DNA from: Spirochaetia bacterium
GTDB lineage: Bacteria; Spirochaetota; Spirochaetia; CAKZLE01
Assembly: GCA_963677595.1 (NCBI GenBank)
Contig: OY782041.1
Span: forward strand, 3,360,001 to 3,424,000
DNA: 64,000 nt
Direction: 5' to 3'
Shown: positions 58,970-64,000 of the stretch, in pieces
Numbering within the stretch: the first letter of the stretch is position 1
Layout of the letters: each line of letters opens with the position of its first letter
Notes under the pieces: model-generated
Database searches by the model: none
The model's input: only the letters and a program-made list of their open reading frames with translations
What the model was told of the DNA's origin: nothing
Translations under genes and position numbers: made by a program

Positions 58970-59055
58970 AACCTGTATTGATTCCTGACAGCGTACCGGG
59001 TTTAGGGAAGGGGGACAACCCCGGAAGGCGTCACCGAATAGAAAAGGTACAGGTT
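58970..59055. repeat. Nested imperfect inverted repeat enclosing a minus-strand promoter
   Basis: AACCTGTA/TACAGGTT, ATTC/GAAT, TGAC/GTCA, CCGGG/CCCGG arms; TTGTCC-N17-TACGCT inside on minus strand. Confidence 0.55.
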
Positions 59056-59120
59056 TGAAAGGGATAATAGTGCTTGACACTCATAGTGTTCCGTACTATC
59101 ACTATCGTGTGGAGAAAACT

Positions 59121-59423
59121 ATGGACCCAGATCTGATCGAACTGACTACACCGGGAGAGGTGCTGAAAGAAGACTTTCTCGATCCCATGGGGATCACCCC
59201 CTATGCACTTGCGAAGGCGATCTTCGTCGATCCTCCCAGGATAGCAGCGATCATCCAGGGAAAGAGGCGGATAACTGCAGATACTGCTTTACGTCTGTCC
59301 CGATTCTTCGGCAACTCGGCCACCTTCTGGATGAACATGCAGAGTCGCTATGACCTTGATGTGCAGTCTGAAGCTCTCCGTGAGACATTGCTGCTGATCA
59401 AGCCCATACACAGGACTTCATAG
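59121..59423 (+). CDS. higA: HigA-family antitoxin (XRE HTH), no cognate toxin adjacent
   Basis: TPGEVLKEDFL.PMGIT.Y.LA, ITADTALRLSRFFG, FWMNMQ.RYDL. Confidence 0.92.
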   Translation: MDPDLIELTTPGEVLKEDFLDPMGITPYALAKAIFVDPPRIAAIIQGKRRITADTALRLSRFFGNSATFWMNMQSRYDLDVQSEALRETLLLIKPIHRTS

Positions 59424-59436
59424 GGGGGGGGAGAAC

Positions 59437-60525
59437 TTATGGATGGATCCTGAACCCATCCTTCCCTGACCGCTTCACCTCGTACATCATCTCGTCAGCA
59501 CACTTCCTGAGCTCCTCGAAGGTGGATCCGTGGTCGGGGAAGTAGGAACAGCCGATGCTGATCGTCGTGGAGAACGATCCCTTCTCGAAGGGTATATCTC
59601 GTGATGCGGACCTCAAGATCCTCCTTGAGATCTCACTCAACTCGGCTTCCGGCTTCAGGATGTGGTTGAGGATGACGATGAACTCGTCACCGCCCATCCT
59701 GCTTACTGTATCACCTTCCCGGATGCTCAGCTTGATCCGATGGGAGATCTCCTTGAGGGCCAGGTCCCCGATGTCGTGCCCGTAGGTGTCATTGATCTGC
59801 TTGAAGTTATCGAAGTCTATGAACATGAGCCCTACCATGTCCTCGGTACGCTTCGCCTGGGTGACTGCCACATTCAGCCGGTCCTCGGCGATCCGCTGGG
59901 AGGGGAGCCCTGTCAGCGGGTCGGTGTTCGCAAGCTCCCGGATCACCGCATTCTGCCTGCTCACCTCTTCGGAGAGCGCAGTCAGCCGCCTGACCAGCTG
60001 GGTCATGGCGACGAAGAACAGGGCTGAGGTCGTCAGGGAGGCGATGATGCTCGTACTCCAGGATTGCGGTTTATGTATATAGTCATCGATCTCGGTGGGG
60101 AAGACCAGGGCTCCGCTGACCCAGAGATGGGCATAGAGAGCGGTGATTCCCAGGAAGATGATAGCACTGATGGTGCTGACTCTCAGACTCTGGGTAGTGG
60201 AGACGATGAACAGAGCGCCCATCATGAAGTAGATCCCCCCGCCGACGAGCCCCCACTGGTTGAAGCCTGCGATGCTCAGGAGGAGGAACAGTAGGATCGA
60301 GTAGATGTTGAGCGTCCGGTAGGAGAGCCGCCTGCGGATGAGGAAGAGCACGAAATGGACCACCACGAGGACCAGCTGGATCGCATGAACCATGACGAAT
60401 CCCGTATAGGGGATCCTTGAGAGGGAGAGCGGCATCCCGACGATGACCAGGATGAGGATGATCCTCATGACGCTCTCGGTGAACTTGCTCCGTATATCCT
60501 CGATACTGTTTCTTATTTCAGGCAT
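59437..60525 (-). CDS. Membrane diguanylate cyclase
   Basis: TM region; TDPLTGL, DFDNFKQINDTYGH, REGD I-site, GGDEF. Confidence 0.92.
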   Translation of the reverse strand: MPEIRNSIEDIRSKFTESVMRIILILVIVGMPLSLSRIPYTGFVMVHAIQLVLVVVHFVLFLIRRRLSYRTLNIYSILLFLLLSIAGFNQWGLVGGGIYFMMGALFIVSTTQSLRVSTISAIIFLGITALYAHLWVSGALVFPTEIDDYIHKPQSWSTSIIASLTTSALFFVAMTQLVRRLTALSEEVSRQNAVIRELANTDPLTGLPSQRIAEDRLNVAVTQAKRTEDMVGLMFIDFDNFKQINDTYGHDIGDLALKEISHRIKLSIREGDTVSRMGGDEFIVILNHILKPEAELSEISRRILRSASRDIPFEKGSFSTTISIGCSYFPDHGSTFEELRKCADEMMYEVKRSGKDGFRIHP

Positions 60526-60769
60526 AGATCCCCATTCTATTCATGACATGCAGTGTGAAAACCGATGTAAGGATACGCAGGTGCCTGCAGTATCCCGTTC
60601 CCCTGTTCAATAGTATCATGGAACATGAGAGAAAGGGGAGTAATACGGATGGGAAACTGCCGTTTTTTGTATCGCGGTGTCAGTGACTGTCTGGCCGGAT
60701 CATGTTGAGCCTGAGTGAACGTGAAGAAAACCATTGTCAGCCCCTCAGTGTATACAGTAGAATAGTCCT

Positions 60770-61468
60770 ATGGATTATATCGTCGCACGATCATTCAACT
60801 ACCTCTTCATCATACTCGACATCCTGTGGCTGATCATCTATACCGCTATCCTGCTCGACCGGAAGAAGTACGCGGCTATCACGGTAGGCCTGCTGGCAGG
60901 CCTCCTCTATGTCATCGTCGACTATGGGTTCTTCTACCTCATCCTCGGGACCAGGCATGTCGAAGGGGCTGCGACTTTCCCGCTGCTCTTCTGGCTGAGC
61001 ATGAGCTACGGGTTCACCAACTTCACTTGGATCTGGCTGCTCCTTGACCGGGACGGGAAGGCCCTGGAGTGGTCACTCCTGCTGGTCATCGGATGGCTCG
61101 CGGTAGGATTGCTGAGCATGAATGCCGGCGGCAGGTTCCCGATGGTGACGATCGAGCGGCGGGTAGCCTCATACCACGGCTATATGGCTGCCATACTGGC
61201 CGTCGGCTACGGGATCCTGATCGTCAGGAACCTGCGAGCCGAAGCGGGGGAGGAGACTGCCCCGATCGGGCGTATCCTGCTCATCGGTATCGGAGTGCAG
61301 CTCGCCTGGGAGTCGGTGCTCCTGCTTACGGGGATCAGGCCCTCAGGGCTGCGGCCCATCGTGGTCAACAGCCTGCTTGAGACCAACCTCGGACTCCCCT
61401 ATATGTATCTCATCCACCGGCGATACCGGCTCAGGTATGAGACAGCTGCAGGGCTGCCTGTCTCATGA
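60770..61468 (+). CDS. Hypothetical multi-pass membrane protein
   Basis: About seven hydrophobic segments; WLSMSYGFTNF, NSLLETNLG.PY; native codon style. Confidence 0.75.
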   Translation: MDYIVARSFNYLFIILDILWLIIYTAILLDRKKYAAITVGLLAGLLYVIVDYGFFYLILGTRHVEGAATFPLLFWLSMSYGFTNFTWIWLLLDRDGKALEWSLLLVIGWLAVGLLSMNAGGRFPMVTIERRVASYHGYMAAILAVGYGILIVRNLRAEAGEETAPIGRILLIGIGVQLAWESVLLLTGIRPSGLRPIVVNSLLETNLGLPYMYLIHRRYRLRYETAAGLPVS

Positions 61469-61570
61469 AAGTCACATATTGGCAGAAGTGTTCAATAAAA
61501 CCATGGAAAGAATGTGACAATGTGTTAGAATCTAAGTAATGTGACTATCCTGCAGGAGGAAGCGTGCTTC

Positions 61571-63154
61571 ATGGGATTCGATTATGAACGACTGACGACC
61601 CACTGTTATCTCATTCTGGCGTTCTCGTTCCTGCTTTCAGTCGGCGTCATGGTGCTGATCATGGTCACCGGCGGTACACCGAGCGTCTACATGAACCTCA
61701 TGTACATCCCGCTCGCCCTGGCCTCGACCTTCTCCGGAAGGAAGCGGGCTTTCATCTTCGCGGTCATCACCGGCATGATGCCTTGGATCGTCATGGCGGT
61801 GAGCCCCTACGGGCTCGAACCGGTCAAACAGCTCGTCACCCGACCGGTCTCCTTCATGATCATCTCCCTGGTCATCAGCAGCCTATCCGACTTCCATCGG
61901 GACCGGCTCATCCACGAGGAGACCTATGATGCCCATACCGGGTTGAAGAAGCTGCAGGCCCTCAAGAACTCACTCAAGCTCAACGACAGCCGTTCGGACC
62001 TCGTCATGCTCACGATCAGCAACCTCCAGTCTATATTCACGACCTTCAGCTATGACTTCGCCTCTGATTTCATCAGGGAGTTCGCCCATATCCTCAAGGA
62101 CCGGGTGAAGAAGTACCCGGGAGTCGAGGTCTACCGACTGGTGGAGAACGGGTTCCTCATCGAAGTCGTCTGCCGGCAGGACTGCGAGGGGAAACGGCTG
62201 GAATCGGTACTGCAGGACCTGCTGCCCATCCACAAGTCGATCATCGACGTGGACGGGGTCCCGGTCTATGTCGAGCTCAAGCTCGGGATAGCCACCGAGA
62301 ACCAGGGCAAGAGCCCGGAGGAGAGCATCAAGCATGCCTCGCTCGCACTCAAGTCCGCACAGGACTCGAACCGGGTCTCCTACCGGTATGAGGCCGAGCT
62401 CTCTGAGCGCTTCCTCATGCAGACCTTCGTGCTCAACCACTTCCGTTCGGCCATCGGGAGCAGGAAGCTCAAGCTCGCTTCCCAGAACATCTACACCTCC
62501 CGGGATAAGGGCCTTGCCGCGAGGGAGTTCCTCATCCGCTGGGAGCATGAGGAGGGCAGGTTCATTAGCCCCGCCATCTTCATACCGCTCATAGAGAAGA
62601 CCGACCTCATCCACGACCTGACACGCTTTGTGATAGATGAGGTCCTGCGGTATGTGTCGAACCGCAGTGCCGAGGAGAGAGATGTCATCGCATCGATCAA
62701 CTTCTCCTCGAAGGACTTCAGCCATGCGAACATCGAGTACCTCGTCAGGAGGATCAAGGAGTCTGGAGTCGATCCTGGCCGGATCCAGGTCGAGATCACG
62801 GAGGAGACGCTGAGCCAGACCGCCATGCTCCTCAGCCCCATCAGGAGCCTGAAGGATTCCGGGGTCCGGATCGCCATCGACGACTTCGGGACCGGCTACT
62901 CCTCCTACGACCTGCTGGCGAAACTGCCGATCGACGTAGTCAAGATCGACCGTTCGATCGTCAGCAGCATCGATACCGAGGTGCGCCATAAGAAACTGTG
63001 CGAGAACCTCGTTGACTACTGCACGACCTTCAAGATCGAGACGGTGGCTGAGGGTGTCGAGACTGAGAGCGTGGCAGAGGCCTGCAGGGAGATCGGGATC
63101 GACTACCTGCAGGGCTTCCTCTTCAACAGACCACAGCTGATCGAGCAGGCTTGA
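61571..63154 (+). CDS. Membrane EAL phosphodiesterase with degenerate GGDEF
   Basis: SD AGGAGG; TM region; VENGF in place of GGDEF; EFLIRW, EITE, DDFGTGYSS, KIDRS, AEGVET, YLQGF. Confidence 0.9.
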   Translation: MGFDYERLTTHCYLILAFSFLLSVGVMVLIMVTGGTPSVYMNLMYIPLALASTFSGRKRAFIFAVITGMMPWIVMAVSPYGLEPVKQLVTRPVSFMIISLVISSLSDFHRDRLIHEETYDAHTGLKKLQALKNSLKLNDSRSDLVMLTISNLQSIFTTFSYDFASDFIREFAHILKDRVKKYPGVEVYRLVENGFLIEVVCRQDCEGKRLESVLQDLLPIHKSIIDVDGVPVYVELKLGIATENQGKSPEESIKHASLALKSAQDSNRVSYRYEAELSERFLMQTFVLNHFRSAIGSRKLKLASQNIYTSRDKGLAAREFLIRWEHEEGRFISPAIFIPLIEKTDLIHDLTRFVIDEVLRYVSNRSAEERDVIASINFSSKDFSHANIEYLVRRIKESGVDPGRIQVEITEETLSQTAMLLSPIRSLKDSGVRIAIDDFGTGYSSYDLLAKLPIDVVKIDRSIVSSIDTEVRHKKLCENLVDYCTTFKIETVAEGVETESVAEACREIGIDYLQGFLFNRPQLIEQA

Positions 63155-63243
63155 GGACTCCTGTAGGGAAGCTCCTCTTCTTCTCGGTATATTTCTGACT
63201 TTTTTAGTTTGAAATTCAGGAACTATCCAGTATACTCTCCCTC

Positions 63244-64000
63244 ATGGAATATACAATACCGAAAACAGAATCAGCATATGAGTACCCGCTGCTCATCAAA
63301 CAGCTCTATCTTGCCCCGACCGAGTACCGGCCTGATGAGAAGATCATCTACCGGGACGAGATGGAGATCACCTATGCCCAGTGGCGTGAACGTGTCTGCC
63401 GGCTGGCCAGCGTCCTGGAATCGATCGGTGTGGTGCGCGGCTCGACGGTTGCCGTGCTCGACTGGGACTCGCACCGCTACCTCGAGGCATACTACGGCAT
63501 CCCGATGATGGGGGCAGTCCTCCACACGATCAACATGCGCTTAGCCCCGGAGTTCCTGGCCTACACGATCGAGCATGCCGAGGATGACGTGATCATCTGC
63601 CATGCAGACTTCCTGCCCCTGCTCGAGTCGATCAAGGGTCGTATCTCGGAGGACAGGAAGTTCCTCCTCATCGGGGAGAGCGACCATGCCACCACCCTCG
63701 ATATAGTAGGGGAGTATGAGGAACTGCTTGCGGCAGCCGAGCCTGCCTATGAGTTCCCCGATTTCGATGAGAACACGAGGGCGACCACCTTCTACACGAC
63801 CGGTACGACAGGACTGCCGAAGGGCGTCTACTTCTCCCACCGACAGATCGTGCTCCACACCCTCATCAACACCATCTCCCTCTCAGCATCGGCAGTGCAG
63901 GGGAGACTGCACAAAGAGTCCGTCTATATGCCGCTGACTCCCATGTTCCACGTGCATGCGTGGGGGATCCCCTACATCGCGACCTACCTCGGGGTGAAGC
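63244..64000 (+). CDS. Fatty-acid--CoA ligase (AlkK-like), 3' end outside window
   Basis: Not in ORF track; manual translation MEYTIPKTESAYEYPLLIKQL...DWDSHRYLE...GAVLHTIN...FYTTGTTGLPKGV...PMFHVHAWG. Confidence 0.92.
   Translation, partial: MEYTIPKTESAYEYPLLIKQLYLAPTEYRPDEKIIYRDEMEITYAQWRERVCRLASVLESIGVVRGSTVAVLDWDSHRYLEAYYGIPMMGAVLHTINMRLAPEFLAYTIEHAEDDVIICHADFLPLLESIKGRISEDRKFLLIGESDHATTLDIVGEYEELLAAAEPAYEFPDFDENTRATTFYTTGTTGLPKGVYFSHRQIVLHTLINTISLSASAVQGRLHKESVYMPLTPMFHVHAWGIPYIATYLGVK

Noticed and set aside
59011-59035. CCGGAAGG resembling the SRP RNA loop, and CCTAAACC on the minus strand resembling a c-di-GMP-I riboswitch
   Set aside because: The flanking conserved elements (CAGG...AAGCAGC for SRP; GGCAAAC and GACGCAAAG for the riboswitch) are absent
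59423-59431. G9 homopolymer
   Set aside because: Lies between two convergent stop codons, so slippage would not change a reading frame or promoter
1-64000. Very frequent CTCGAG/TCGA/GATC words
   Set aside because: Plausibly explained by preferred codon pairs (CTC-GAG, ATC-GAG); excess over a codon-aware model cannot be shown without computation

Overview
A gene-dense, moderately GC-rich bacterial chromosomal segment, most likely from a free-living anaerobic spirochaete (Sphaerochaeta/Spirochaeta-like). This assignment is inferred from FAxGxxE-type export signals on several binding proteins and from gene content. About 57 CDS are supported; I recognised no rRNA, tRNA, CRISPR array, transposase or integrase. 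Main blocks: (1) YesM/YesN two-component system, a lipoprotein sugar-binding protein and a ChvE/GguAB-type ABC importer; (2) ptb-buk-EFR1 ferredoxin; (3) DUF47-PiT phosphate uptake; (4) queG-like/GNAT and an overlapping ogt-DUF1848 pair; (5) a lower-GC ATPase-wHTH-DUF234 gene with promoter repeats; (6) an acoABCL-like E1/E2/E3 complex followed by a SorC-family regulator; (7) nfeD-floA-yqfB; (8) a Schlafen/AlbA_2 gene; (9) AraC, DHDPS-family aldolase, TRAP transporter and a large cytoplasmic GH106-like hydrolase; (10) hicAB, an orphan higA and four c-di-GMP enzymes; (11) an ABC/TCS/GH43/GH78 glycan locus plus a GH32; (12) a truncated acyl-CoA ligase. The best candidates for undescribed biology are the TRAP-aldolase-glycosidase locus, the ogt-coupled DUF1848 radical-SAM-like protein, the SorC-controlled dehydrogenase complex, a 46-aa beta-repeat anchored protein, an inverted-repeat-flanked promoter between yqgA and higA, and recurrent leaderless promoters. 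All family calls come from reading motifs by eye; no database search was run.
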